From NCBI GenBank assembly GCA_033549265.1, contig JAWSUQ010000001.1, forward strand, positions 1-29,198: a DNA stretch of 29,198 nucleotides, written 5' to 3'. The position numbers and the translations under genes were made by a program. Below, in pieces: positions 8,507-18,000 of the stretch. This DNA is from Bacillota bacterium (GTDB lineage Bacteria; Bacillota; Desulfitisporia; Desulfitisporales; JAWSUQ01). Positions within the stretch are counted from its first letter, which is position 1. The number at the start of each line of letters is the position of its first letter. Under the pieces are notes generated by a model. The model had not been told where the DNA came from, did no database searches, and saw only the letters and a program-made list of their open reading frames with translations.

Positions 8507-9265
8507 ATGAGAAAAAATGACCGCAAAAAAAACAGAGAAGAGAATAAAGGGGAATCTGGTTGGCTGTTGACTTATGCTGATATGATTACCTTAGTTTTAA
8601 CGTTCTTTATCCTTCTTTATACAATGTCCACAATAGATGTTATAAAATTTTCCCAAGTAGTTGCTTCTGTAAAAGGTTCTTTAGGAGTGATAGATGGCGG
8701 AAGAACAATCGAGTCAGAGCCCTTAAATGATATGGGTGAGATGGAAGACGAAATTTTGCAGATGTTAAAGGATTGGGAAGAGGAAGAAGATACTATTAGA
8801 GATATAGTTATTAGGCTAGAAGCATTACTAGAAGTTGAACAAATTCAGGATGCTGTCCGTATTCTAGTAGATGAAAGGGGCATTAATATTAGGTTCTTGG
8901 ATCATGTGCTATTTGATAGAGGTAGGGCAGAGCTGAAGCCCGAAGCAAAACCGCTACTAGATGAAGTGTACAATATTATCAGTGAGCTTGACAATCAAAT
9001 TAGAGTAGAGGGTTATACATGCGACTTGCCAAGTAATACGGTGGAATTTCCTACAAATTGGGAACTATCAACTAGAAGAGCGACTAATGTTTTAAGATAT
9101 TTACATGAAAAAGGAGTAGATGGTGAACGGCTCTCAGCGGTGGGTTATGGTGAGTATCGCCCATTAGTTCCTAATACTAATGAAGCTCAACGGCGCCAAA
9201 ATCGAAGAGCCGATATAATTATTTTAAGGGAAAATTATATGGAAGATTTGGATGATAGAAATTAA
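8507..9265 (+). CDS. motB: MotB/MotS-family stator protein with OmpA-like domain, no adjacent motA
   Basis: WLLTYADMITLVLTFFILLY transmembrane helix with conserved Asp, DERG, LFDRGRAEL, TNWELSTRRA, GYGEYRP, NRRADI. Confidence 0.92.
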   Translation: MRKNDRKKNREENKGESGWLLTYADMITLVLTFFILLYTMSTIDVIKFSQVVASVKGSLGVIDGGRTIESEPLNDMGEMEDEILQMLKDWEEEEDTIRDIVIRLEALLEVEQIQDAVRILVDERGINIRFLDHVLFDRGRAELKPEAKPLLDEVYNIISELDNQIRVEGYTCDLPSNTVEFPTNWELSTRRATNVLRYLHEKGVDGERLSAVGYGEYRPLVPNTNEAQRRQNRRADIIILRENYMEDLDDRN

Positions 9266-9294
9266 ACAGAGCGATAGGCTCTGTTTTTGTTTTT
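9264..9294 (+). terminator. Intrinsic terminator after motB
   Basis: AAACAGAGC-gatag-GCTCTGTTT followed by TTGTTTTT. Confidence 0.85.
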
Positions 9295-9363
9295 GGTTTT
9301 ATAGCTTTATTCCTAAAATAATTATTTTTGAGCATATTAAATAATAGTTTTCAATATTTGCAT

Positions 9364-9383
9364 TAATACTATTAATAGTATTA
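9364..9383. promoter_or_regulatory. Perfect 20-bp palindrome, candidate operator
   Basis: TAATACTATT|AATAGTATTA in the intergenic region upstream of the ACT gene. Confidence 0.4.
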
Positions 9384-9410
9384 GTTGATTTTTTTGAAGG
9401 ATATCTTTTA

Positions 9411-9439
9411 TTTTAACCGAATACATAATGCTATATAAT
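9411..9439 (+). promoter_or_regulatory. Candidate sigma-A promoter for ACT/UPF0210 operon
   Basis: TTTTAA-17 nt-TATAAT; perfect -10, weak -35. Confidence 0.45.
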
Positions 9440-9460
9440 TTTTTAAAGAGGTGGAAGCAA

Positions 9461-9739
9461 ATGAGTGAAAACAAAATAATTGTAACAGTTTTAGGGAAGG
9501 ACCGAGTTGGGATTATTGCTGGTGTTGCCAATACATTAGCTGGACTAAATGCAAATATTTTAGATATTAGTCAAACTATTCTACAGGATTTCTTCACTAT
9601 GATTATGGTAGTGGATATTACAAATTGCAATGTAGAGTTTAGCAGTATCAAAGAAAAACTTGACGAAACTGGTGAAGCATTAGGAGTAAAAATAACTGCT
9701 CAAAGTGAAAAAGTTTTTGACTTTATGCATCGTATTTAG
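9461..9739 (+). CDS. ACT domain protein (UPF0237 family)
   Basis: IIVTVLGKDRVGIIAGV...NILDISQTIL..FFTMIMVVD; start ATG 9461 after GAGGTGG. Confidence 0.92.
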   Translation: MSENKIIVTVLGKDRVGIIAGVANTLAGLNANILDISQTILQDFFTMIMVVDITNCNVEFSSIKEKLDETGEALGVKITAQSEKVFDFMHRI

Positions 9740-9752
9740 GAGGTAACAGACA

Positions 9753-11123
9753 ATGCCTGTTTATTCAGTAACAAGTAATGAGATATTAGAGACAATTCGC
9801 ATGGTTGAAATGGAGAACTTAGATATTAGAACTATTACTATGGGGATTAGTTTGAGAGATTGTAGCCATAGCGATGCGAAAATAGCCCAACAAAAGATTT
9901 ATGACAAGATTACTCGATTAGCAGAAAATCTAGTTGGAGTTGGAGAAGAACTAGCAAGAGAATACGGAATACCAATAATAAACAAAAGAATATCAGTTAC
10001 CCCTATTAGCATTGTTGCGGAGGCCAGTGACGTAGATTCTTATGTAGGCTTTGCCAAGGTACTTGACAAAGCTGCTAAAGAAGTAGGAGTGAATTTTTTA
10101 GGGGGTTTTTCAGCTTTAGTACATAAAGGGTGTACCGTTGGTGATATAAAGCTAATGGAATCTATCCCGCAAGCGTTGGCGGAAACCGAGCGAGTATGCG
10201 GATCGGTGAATGTAGCTAGTACTAAAGCAGGAATTAACATGGATGCAGTTTATAAAATGGGCAAAATAATAGTGGAGACAGCTGAGCTTACCAGAGATAA
10301 GGGTGGTCTAGGTTGTGCGAAGCTAGTAGTATTTTGCAACGTGCCAGAGGACAACCCCTTTATGGCAGGAGCATTTCATGGTGTGGGTGAGCCAGAATGC
10401 GTCATTAATGTTGGTGTTAGTGGTCCTGGTGTTGTCCTTAACTCAATTAAGAAGCATCCTAATGTGGATTTTGGCGAGTTGGCTACTGTGATAAAAAAGA
10501 CAGCTTTTAAAATAACCAGAATGGGTGAACTGGTAGGTAAGGAAGCTTCAACTAGGTTAAAGGTACCTTTTGGCATTGTTGATCTGTCACTAGCCCCTAC
10601 TCCTGCTATTGGTGACAGTGTAGCTGACATCATAGAAGCAATGGGCTTAGAAAGGGTTGGTACTCATGGTACTACGGCAGCTTTAGCAATGCTGAATGAT
10701 GCAGTCAAAAAAGGTGGAGTAATGGCTTCCTCACATGTTGGAGGTCTAAGTGGAGCCTTTATTCCTGTAAGCGAAGATGCAGGAATGATTGAAGCAGTGG
10801 AGGTAGGAGCATTAACAATCGATAAGCTTGAGGCTATGACATGTGTATGCTCGGTAGGCTTAGATATGATTGCAGTTCCAGGAGATACCTCAGCTGAAAC
10901 AATTGCAGCAATTATTGCTGATGAATCTGCCATTGGGATGATTAATCGTAAAACTACGGCTGTGCGGGTTATTCCAGTGCCGGGAAAAAAAGTTGGCGAA
11001 ATGGTGGAGTTTGGAGGTCTACTGGGAAGGGCTCCCATCATGCCCGTAAATAAGTTTAATTCCAGTGCCTTTGTCAAAAGAGGTGGCAGAATTCCAGCAC
11101 CCTTACAAGCTTTTAATAATTAA
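9753..11123 (+). CDS. UPF0210 / DUF711 (PFL-like fold) family protein
   Basis: [75 protein letters not shown]. Confidence 0.93.
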   Translation: MPVYSVTSNEILETIRMVEMENLDIRTITMGISLRDCSHSDAKIAQQKIYDKITRLAENLVGVGEELAREYGIPIINKRISVTPISIVAEASDVDSYVGFAKVLDKAAKEVGVNFLGGFSALVHKGCTVGDIKLMESIPQALAETERVCGSVNVASTKAGINMDAVYKMGKIIVETAELTRDKGGLGCAKLVVFCNVPEDNPFMAGAFHGVGEPECVINVGVSGPGVVLNSIKKHPNVDFGELATVIKKTAFKITRMGELVGKEASTRLKVPFGIVDLSLAPTPAIGDSVADIIEAMGLERVGTHGTTAALAMLNDAVKKGGVMASSHVGGLSGAFIPVSEDAGMIEAVEVGALTIDKLEAMTCVCSVGLDMIAVPGDTSAETIAAIIADESAIGMINRKTTAVRVIPVPGKKVGEMVEFGGLLGRAPIMPVNKFNSSAFVKRGGRIPAPLQAFNN

Positions 11124-11141
11124 ATAAAATTGAACCTAGAG

Positions 11142-11182
11142 AAACCACTTGATATTTAATTATAATATCAGGTGGTTTTTTA
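11142..11182 (+). terminator. Intrinsic terminator after UPF0210 gene
   Basis: AAACCACTTGATATT-taattat-AATATCAGGTGGTTT (one G-U pair) then T run. Confidence 0.8.
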
Positions 11183-11269
11183 AATTTTTGTAGGTTAAAT
11201 AATATTTAACGCATAGAATTTAATGAGCACATTTGGGGAAATTATATATATGGGCAAGGAGGAAAAAAA

Positions 11270-11578
11270 ATGAGTATGGATGATATTAAAGTAAGGTTAG
11301 TCCACAAGATAGAGGAGCTATCAATAAATATTGAAAAAATGAAACTGGCGGAATATGTAGATTTGTTACACAACCCTAAACGCTTGTTGTACATTAACTT
11401 TTTAGCGGGAGTAGCCAGAGGTGTGGGGCTTGCCATAGGTTTTACTCTTTTAGGTGCAGTAGTAATATATGTTTTGCAGAGATTAGTTTTATTAAACTTG
11501 CCTTTGATAAGCGATTTTATTGCTGAGATTATTTGGATGGTGCAAAGCCAAATGAACCAAGGCAGAGGTGGGTTGTAA
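11270..11578 (+). CDS. DUF5665 family small membrane protein
   Basis: LAEYVDLLHNPKRLLYINFLAGVARGVGLAIGFTLLG pattern; AAGGAGG RBS. Confidence 0.85.
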   Translation: MSMDDIKVRLVHKIEELSINIEKMKLAEYVDLLHNPKRLLYINFLAGVARGVGLAIGFTLLGAVVIYVLQRLVLLNLPLISDFIAEIIWMVQSQMNQGRGGL

Positions 11579-11602
11579 TTTCTTAAAATAGGAGTGTATA
11601 TC

Positions 11603-12349
11603 ATGGACCAGAAAAAGCAGTTACAAATAAAACAGCAATTGCTAAAGGAAAGAAAAGAGTTTCAAGAAGAAGTTTCTCATATGAATCTAGGACAATTAGA
11701 AGGATCAATGAGTGATGCTACTGGAGAACTATCAACATATGATAACCATCCAGCAGATCTTGGTTCAGAAATGTTTGAACGCAGTAAAGATCTGTCCATA
11801 AGGGAAAACTTGAAGCATCAAATTAGCCATATTGATGATGCTTTAGGCCATATGAAGGATGGTACATACGGGGTTTGCGAAATGTGCGGCAAGCAGATAG
11901 ACAATGAAAGACTAGAAGCGATACCTTCAACAACCTTATGTAAGGCCTGTAAAGAAAAGAATGAACATGATATTATTGACACCCAGGTAAGACCAGAGGA
12001 AGAAGAAGTTATTCCTCCACCATTTGGAGGGAATCTTGAAGGTAGACCGCTAAAGGAGCTGGGTGAACAGAAAATTAACATGTATGATGGGGAAGATGCC
12101 TGGCAAGATGTAGCAAGATATGGGACTGCAGATTCTCCTCAAGACCTCCCAGGAACAAAGGATTACCAAGACATGAACATTGATGCCGATGAGGACAGGA
12201 GCAAGGTAGAGGATGTGGATGGGATACCTTATTTTAGGGGAGCAGATGGAATGATTTATGAAGATTTATATGGAAAGGATGACGAGGACTCTCCTGAAGA
12301 GGTTATCAGAGGAGATGAAGGTTGGGATAGAGTACAGCGAAAATCTTGA
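11603..12349 (+). CDS. yteA: YteA-family TraR/DksA C4 zinc-finger protein (sporulation associated)
   Basis: GELSTYDNHPADLGSEMFER, YGVCEMCG...RLEAIP..TLCKAC, acidic tail with AWQDVARYG; the GTG at 11594 is part of the RBS, so start placed at ATG 11603. Confidence 0.85.
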   Translation: MDQKKQLQIKQQLLKERKEFQEEVSHMNLGQLEGSMSDATGELSTYDNHPADLGSEMFERSKDLSIRENLKHQISHIDDALGHMKDGTYGVCEMCGKQIDNERLEAIPSTTLCKACKEKNEHDIIDTQVRPEEEEVIPPPFGGNLEGRPLKELGEQKINMYDGEDAWQDVARYGTADSPQDLPGTKDYQDMNIDADEDRSKVEDVDGIPYFRGADGMIYEDLYGKDDEDSPEEVIRGDEGWDRVQRKS

Positions 12350-12374
12350 ATATTTTTCTTCCCTATGGTAAAAT
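12346..12374 (+). promoter_or_regulatory. Sigma-A promoter for lspA-rluD
   Basis: TTGAAT-17 nt-TAAAAT with extended -10 TG at 12366-12367. Confidence 0.7.
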
Positions 12375-12402
12375 TTAATAATCCGAAAGGGGAGATAAGT
12401 AA

Positions 12403-12888
12403 ATGCTATTTTGGGTCGTTGCAGCAGTGATTTTTATTATTGATAGGTCTACCAAATATTTAGTAGTGGCTAATATGTCTCCAGGTCAGTCTATTCCTAT
12501 CCTGGAAAATATTTTTCACCTTACGTATGTGCTAAATCCAGGGGCAGCATTTGGATTATTTGCATATCAAACTATGTTTTTTATTTTGATTGCTGTGTTA
12601 GTGGTAGGCGTAATTCTCTATTTTAACTGGACCCTTCCTGCTGGTAAACAGTTCTTGAGAATTGGTTTAGCATTGCAATTAGGTGGATCTCTCGGGAACC
12701 TGTTAGATAGGATTCAAAGTGGCTATGTTGTGGACTTCTTTGACTTTAGAGTATGGCCGGTTTTTAACATTGCTGATATTGCTATTGTGACTGGCGTAGT
12801 AATCTTAGCCTATGAAATTCTGAGAACAGATTATACAGAAGATGAAAAGGATGAGGACCTAATTGAAAATGGATACAACAAAGGATAA
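12403..12888 (+). CDS. lspA: Lipoprotein signal peptidase II
   Basis: D..TKYLV, NPGAAFG, GGSLGNLLDRI, VVDF, FNIADIAI. Confidence 0.96.
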   Translation: MLFWVVAAVIFIIDRSTKYLVVANMSPGQSIPILENIFHLTYVLNPGAAFGLFAYQTMFFILIAVLVVGVILYFNWTLPAGKQFLRIGLALQLGGSLGNLLDRIQSGYVVDFFDFRVWPVFNIADIAIVTGVVILAYEILRTDYTEDEKDEDLIENGYNKG

Positions 12889-13798
12889 GGAACAGCTTAA
12901 TATATTGGTCGATAGCACTGGGGACAGGCTTGATTTATATATTAGTGAGCATAGCGGTTTTAATAGGTCAAGAGTACAAAAGCTTATTAAAGATGGCTGT
13001 GTATTAGTTAATAGGGCTAATGCCAAGTCTAACTATAAAGTAAAAGAGGGCGATATTATAGCTGTTGACGTCCCTCTTGAGCAACCATTAGAGGTTACCC
13101 CGGAAAAAATTCCACTAGACGTAGTTTATGAGGATAAAGACTTGATAGTGATAAATAAGCAAAGGGGATTAGTTGTTCATCCAGCAGCTGGCAATTACTC
13201 GGGAACGCTTGTTAATGCCTTATTAGAGCATTGTGAGGGCGAGCTGTCGGGAATAAACGGTGTCATACGTCCAGGAATAGTTCATCGTATTGATAAAGAT
13301 ACTACAGGGCTATTAGTTGTAGCTAAAAGTGATCAAGCCCATCTAAAGCTAGGGGAGCAAATACAGAACAAAACGGTAACCCGTGAATACTTTGCTTTAG
13401 TTCATGGTAATATAATAGAAGCTAAAGGTACCATAGAAGGCCCCATAGGCCGACATCCAGTTAACCGAAAAAAAATGGCAGTGGTAGAGCATGGGAAGCC
13501 AGCTGTAACTCATTATACGGTAGAAAAACGCTATAAACAGTACACCTTAATTAAGGCTAAGCTAGAAACTGGTAGAACCCATCAAATAAGAGTTCATTTT
13601 TCTTTTATCAATCATCCGGTGGTTGGAGATCCTTTATATGGTCCACTAAGGCCCCATTTTAAGCTAACTGGTCAGTTGCTTCATGCCTACAAGCTAGGTT
13701 TTATTCATCCTGCTCATGGTGAATACATAGAATTTTTCAGGCCTATACCTGAAGACTTTCAAGAAGTATTAGAAAAAATAGCAATAAATAATATTTAA
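12863..13798 (+). CDS. rluD: RluA/RluD-family 23S rRNA pseudouridine synthase
   Basis: S4-like N-terminus, INKQRGLVVHP, HRIDKDTTG catalytic Asp, LETGRTHQIRVH, GDPLYG. Confidence 0.95.
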   Translation: MKMDTTKDKEQLNILVDSTGDRLDLYISEHSGFNRSRVQKLIKDGCVLVNRANAKSNYKVKEGDIIAVDVPLEQPLEVTPEKIPLDVVYEDKDLIVINKQRGLVVHPAAGNYSGTLVNALLEHCEGELSGINGVIRPGIVHRIDKDTTGLLVVAKSDQAHLKLGEQIQNKTVTREYFALVHGNIIEAKGTIEGPIGRHPVNRKKMAVVEHGKPAVTHYTVEKRYKQYTLIKAKLETGRTHQIRVHFSFINHPVVGDPLYGPLRPHFKLTGQLLHAYKLGFIHPAHGEYIEFFRPIPEDFQEVLEKIAINNI

Positions 13799-13803
13799 AT
13801 AAA

Positions 13804-13832
13804 TTGACAACCTAGTTAATATAGGATAAACT
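13804..13832 (+). promoter_or_regulatory. Sigma-A promoter of pyr operon
   Basis: TTGACA-17 nt-TAAACT. Confidence 0.82.
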
Positions 13833-13854
13833 GTAACAAGCAAACTGAATATTT

Positions 13855-13941
13855 GCCTTTAAAGTAGTCCCGTGAGGCTAGTAAGGGTTGATATTTTACA
13901 GGTGAAATCTACCTGCTTACTCACGGTAAGCAGGTTTTTTT
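13855..13941 (+). promoter_or_regulatory. PyrR attenuator 1 (binding loop, antiterminator, terminator)
   Basis: CCTTTAA...AGTCCCGTGAGGCT (13866-13879) matches ARUCCNGNGAGGYU; terminator ACCTGCTTAC-tcacg-GTAAGCAGGT-T run at 13911-13941; AGTAAG 13880-13885 can pair with CTTACT 13916-13921. Confidence 0.92.
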
Positions 13942-13946
13942 AATGA

Positions 13947-14504
<558 letters not shown>

Positions 14505-14505
14505 A

Positions 14506-14617
14506 TCCCTTTAAGTTGGTCCTGTGAGGCTAATAAGGGAGTGTAGGTTGCCTATTAGATTTTATTAACTTTAGGTAAGTTATTCTTCCTAGCCTTTTCA
14601 GGTTAGGATTTTTTTTT
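14506..14617 (+). promoter_or_regulatory. PyrR attenuator 2 upstream of pyrB
   Basis: TCCCTTTAAGTT-GGTCCTGTGAGGCT-AATAAGGGA binding loop (14506-14540); terminator TCCTAGCC-ttttca-GGTTAGGA-T9 (14587-14617). Confidence 0.9.
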
Positions 14618-14640
14618 ACTAAAGAAAGGAGAAATATAAG

Positions 14641-15585
14641 ATGACACTTAAATCAAAAGACCTACTTGGTATTGAAAAGTTATCTAAAGAAGAGATTGAA
14701 CTGATCCTGCACACTGCTCAGTCTATGCGGGAAATAGTAGGTCGTCCTGTGAAGAAGCTCCCTACCCTGAGAGGACGATCAATCATTAATCTGTTTTATG
14801 AGCCTAGCACTCGTACTAGGACTTCTTTTGAACTGGCAGGAAAATATCTTGGGGCAGATACTGTCAATATAGCTACATCCAGCAGCAGTGTAGTGAAAGG
14901 TGAAACTCTAATAGATACAGGAAAAACTATTGAAGCTATGGGAGTAAATATTGTAGTGATTCGCCATCCCCAATCAGGTGCCCCTCATTTGCTAGCTAAT
15001 AACCTTAGAGCCTCTATAATCAATGCAGGAGATGGTACCCATGAGCATCCTACTCAAGCCCTGCTAGATATGTATACTATTTTAGAGAAGAAGAGCAGTT
15101 TACAGGGGCTAAAGGTAGCAATCATAGGGGATGTACTTCATAGTAGAGTAGCGCGCTCTAATATATGGGGTCTAACGAAAATGGGAGCTGCCGTGCATTT
15201 AGCAGGTCCTCCAACTTTGCTGCCAAAAGAACCTTTTATGCAGTTAGGGGTAACATGCCATTATAAGATTGAAGAAGCTATAGCAGAAGCTGATGTGGTG
15301 ATGGTGCTCAGAATACAGAAGGAACGACAGGAAAAAGGGCTTTTGCCAAGCTTAAGAGAGTATTCCAAATTATATGGAATAACAGCGGAGAGGCTTAAGC
15401 TTGCCAAGGCTGATGCTTTGGTGCTTCATCCTGGGCCTATGAACAGAGGGATAGAAATTGCATCAAATGTGGCAGACGGTGTGCAGTCGGTAATCCAGGA
15501 ACAGGTAACTAATGGAGTAGCAGTGAGAATGGCCTTGCTTTATCTTCTATCAGGAGGGGATAAGAAAAATGAAGATATTAATTAA
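14641..15585 (+). CDS. pyrB: Aspartate carbamoyltransferase catalytic subunit
   Basis: [50 protein letters not shown]. Confidence 0.98.
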   Translation: MTLKSKDLLGIEKLSKEEIELILHTAQSMREIVGRPVKKLPTLRGRSIINLFYEPSTRTRTSFELAGKYLGADTVNIATSSSSVVKGETLIDTGKTIEAMGVNIVVIRHPQSGAPHLLANNLRASIINAGDGTHEHPTQALLDMYTILEKKSSLQGLKVAIIGDVLHSRVARSNIWGLTKMGAAVHLAGPPTLLPKEPFMQLGVTCHYKIEEAIAEADVVMVLRIQKERQEKGLLPSLREYSKLYGITAERLKLAKADALVLHPGPMNRGIEIASNVADGVQSVIQEQVTNGVAVRMALLYLLSGGDKKNEDIN

Positions 15586-16873
15586 GAATGGACTAGTGAT
15601 AGATGGTAGTGGAAATAAAGGATATCAAGCTGATCTGTTAATTAATAACGGTGTGGTAGAGAAAATAGCGGAGCATTTAGACATAGAGTTTGAGGCAGGA
15701 GGAGAGGACGTAAAAATAGTGGACGCCAAAGGCAAAATTGTAGCTCCAGGGTTAATAGATATCCATGTACATCTAAGAGAGCCAGGCCAAGAAGCTAAAG
15801 AAACTATTTATAGTGGTACGAGAGCAGCCGCAAACGGAGGTTTTACCGCCGTAGCCTGTATGCCAAACACTGAGCCTGCTGTTGACAATAGGGCTACAGT
15901 AGAGATGGTACAAGCTATTGCTGCTAGAGAAGGGGTAACTAAGGTTTATCCCATTGGTGCTATCACTAAGGGCAGAACAGGAAAGGAACTGACAGAGTTT
16001 GGTGATTTGCAAGCTGGAGGGGTAAAAGCTTTATCCGATGATGGTGATGAAATAATGAGGTCTGATGTTATGCGCCGGGCTCTCGAATATAGTAAAGCCT
16101 TTGATTTGCCAATAATTTGCCATTGCGAAGATAATGATTTAGCAGGTAATGGGGTAATGAATGAAGGCTACTGGTCTACTATACTTGGACTAGCAGGCAT
16201 ACCTGCTTTGGCTGAGGAGCTGATGGTAGCTAGAGATATTGAATTAGCTAGGCTTACTAATGCAAGGGTGCATATAGCCCATATAAGTACCAAGGGCTCA
16301 GTGGAGCTAGTAAGGCAAGCAAAGAAAAAAGGCATAAAGGTTACCGCTGAGGTTGGCCCCCATCACTTAGTATTGACTGAAGCTGCAGTGGCTAATTATG
16401 ATACTAATACAAAAGTTAATCCGCCCCTGCGTCTAAAGGAAGATATTGATGCTTTAATAGCAGGCCTAGTGGATGGAACAGTTGATGCTATTGCCACCGA
16501 TCATGCTCCTCATACGGAAGAGGAAAAAAATCAAGAATATGCCTATGCGCCCTTTGGGCTAGTAGGATTAGAAACTGCCCTAGGTTTGATGATATCTGCA
16601 CTTGTTATCCCAGGACATTTAACCTGGGAACAGTTGATTGAAAAAATGTCTGTAAATCCTGCCAAAATCCTGGCTTTGCCTGGTGGAAAAATAAATCTTA
16701 ATAGCCCAGCAGATATAGTAATAATAAATCCTGATATCAAATGGACCGTAGATGCTCAAGCTTTTTACTCTCAAGGAAAAAATACCCCGTTTCAGGGATG
16801 GGAGCTTCAGGGTAAAGCAGAGATGACCATAGTAAATGGTAAGGTTGTAATGGAAGAAGGAAAGATACTATAG
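15569..16873 (+). CDS. pyrC: Dihydroorotase
   Basis: [21 protein letters not shown]-like [32 protein letters not shown]. Confidence 0.97.
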   Translation: MKILIKNGLVIDGSGNKGYQADLLINNGVVEKIAEHLDIEFEAGGEDVKIVDAKGKIVAPGLIDIHVHLREPGQEAKETIYSGTRAAANGGFTAVACMPNTEPAVDNRATVEMVQAIAAREGVTKVYPIGAITKGRTGKELTEFGDLQAGGVKALSDDGDEIMRSDVMRRALEYSKAFDLPIICHCEDNDLAGNGVMNEGYWSTILGLAGIPALAEELMVARDIELARLTNARVHIAHISTKGSVELVRQAKKKGIKVTAEVGPHHLVLTEAAVANYDTNTKVNPPLRLKEDIDALIAGLVDGTVDAIATDHAPHTEEEKNQEYAYAPFGLVGLETALGLMISALVIPGHLTWEQLIEKMSVNPAKILALPGGKINLNSPADIVIINPDIKWTVDAQAFYSQGKNTPFQGWELQGKAEMTIVNGKVVMEEGKIL

Positions 16874-16905
16874 TTAGTTTGACGATAATAAGGAGGTATG
16901 GCAAA

Positions 16906-18000
16906 ATGAAAGGTTACTTAATCTTAGAGGATGGAACAGTTTTCCATGGAGATGTTTTTGGCAAAGAAGGTGCTACTGGCGGTGAAGTGGTTTTTACCAC
17001 TGGCATGACTGGATATCAGGAAGTGCTAACAGACCCTTCCTACTGTGGTCAAATTGTCACCTTTACCTATCCTTTAATTGGAAACTACGGAATCAACCAC
17101 TGCGATTTCGAGGCCTTAAGCCCTAGTTTGGCAGGGATTGTCGTAAGTGAGCTTTGTCAAGAGCCCAGCAACTGGCAAAGTAAGATTAGCTTAGCTGAAT
17201 ACCTCCGGTTAAACAATTTAACAGGTATTCAAGGAATTGATACTAGGATGCTGACCAAAATATTGCGGGCTAAAGGAACTATAGGTGGAAAAATAGTTGT
17301 CTGTGAAGATGAGTTAGCAAGGCTACAAGCCAATCCAAAACAGCTGCAGCCTAGTCTTACTACTCAAGTAGCTCAAGTTACAACAGCTAAGCCTTATTTT
17401 ATTCCAGGGGGTCCAGAAACTATTGTTGTACTAGACTGTGGTGCTAAGGGTTCAATTATGGAATGTCTAGTAAATATGGGGTACTCTACCTTAGTGGTGC
17501 CTGCAACAACTTCATGGGAGGAAATATTGGCTTATGACCCGGTGGGCGTTATGCTGTCTAATGGTCCTGGCAATCCACAAAATGTATTAGAAATTTGCAA
17601 TACAATTAAGAACTTGTTAGGGAAAGTACCAATAATGGGGGTTTGCCTGGGTCATCAGTTATTAGGATTAACTTTTGGGATGAATACCTTTAAGCTGCCA
17701 TTTGGTCATCGAGGCGGCAACCATCCAGTAAAAGAGATAACTACGGGTAAGGTAATGATTACTTCCCAAAATCACGGCTATGTACTTGATAAGGACACTT
17801 TACCTGATGAGATTGAAATAACTCATGTCAGCCTTAATGACAACACTATTGAGGGAATTAGACATAAGTATTTACCTGCATTCTCGGTCCAGTTTCATCC
17901 AGAGGCAGCACCAGGACCAAAGGATGCTGGGTTTATCTACAAGCGCTTTCAAGAGCTAATTAATAATTTTCAGCATAAAAGTAGAAGGGGTGTAAGCTAA
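16906..18000 (+). CDS. carA: Carbamoyl-phosphate synthase small subunit
   Basis: [48 protein letters not shown]; start ATG 16906 after AGGAGG. Confidence 0.97.
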   Translation: MKGYLILEDGTVFHGDVFGKEGATGGEVVFTTGMTGYQEVLTDPSYCGQIVTFTYPLIGNYGINHCDFEALSPSLAGIVVSELCQEPSNWQSKISLAEYLRLNNLTGIQGIDTRMLTKILRAKGTIGGKIVVCEDELARLQANPKQLQPSLTTQVAQVTTAKPYFIPGGPETIVVLDCGAKGSIMECLVNMGYSTLVVPATTSWEEILAYDPVGVMLSNGPGNPQNVLEICNTIKNLLGKVPIMGVCLGHQLLGLTFGMNTFKLPFGHRGGNHPVKEITTGKVMITSQNHGYVLDKDTLPDEIEITHVSLNDNTIEGIRHKYLPAFSVQFHPEAAPGPKDAGFIYKRFQELINNFQHKSRRGVS

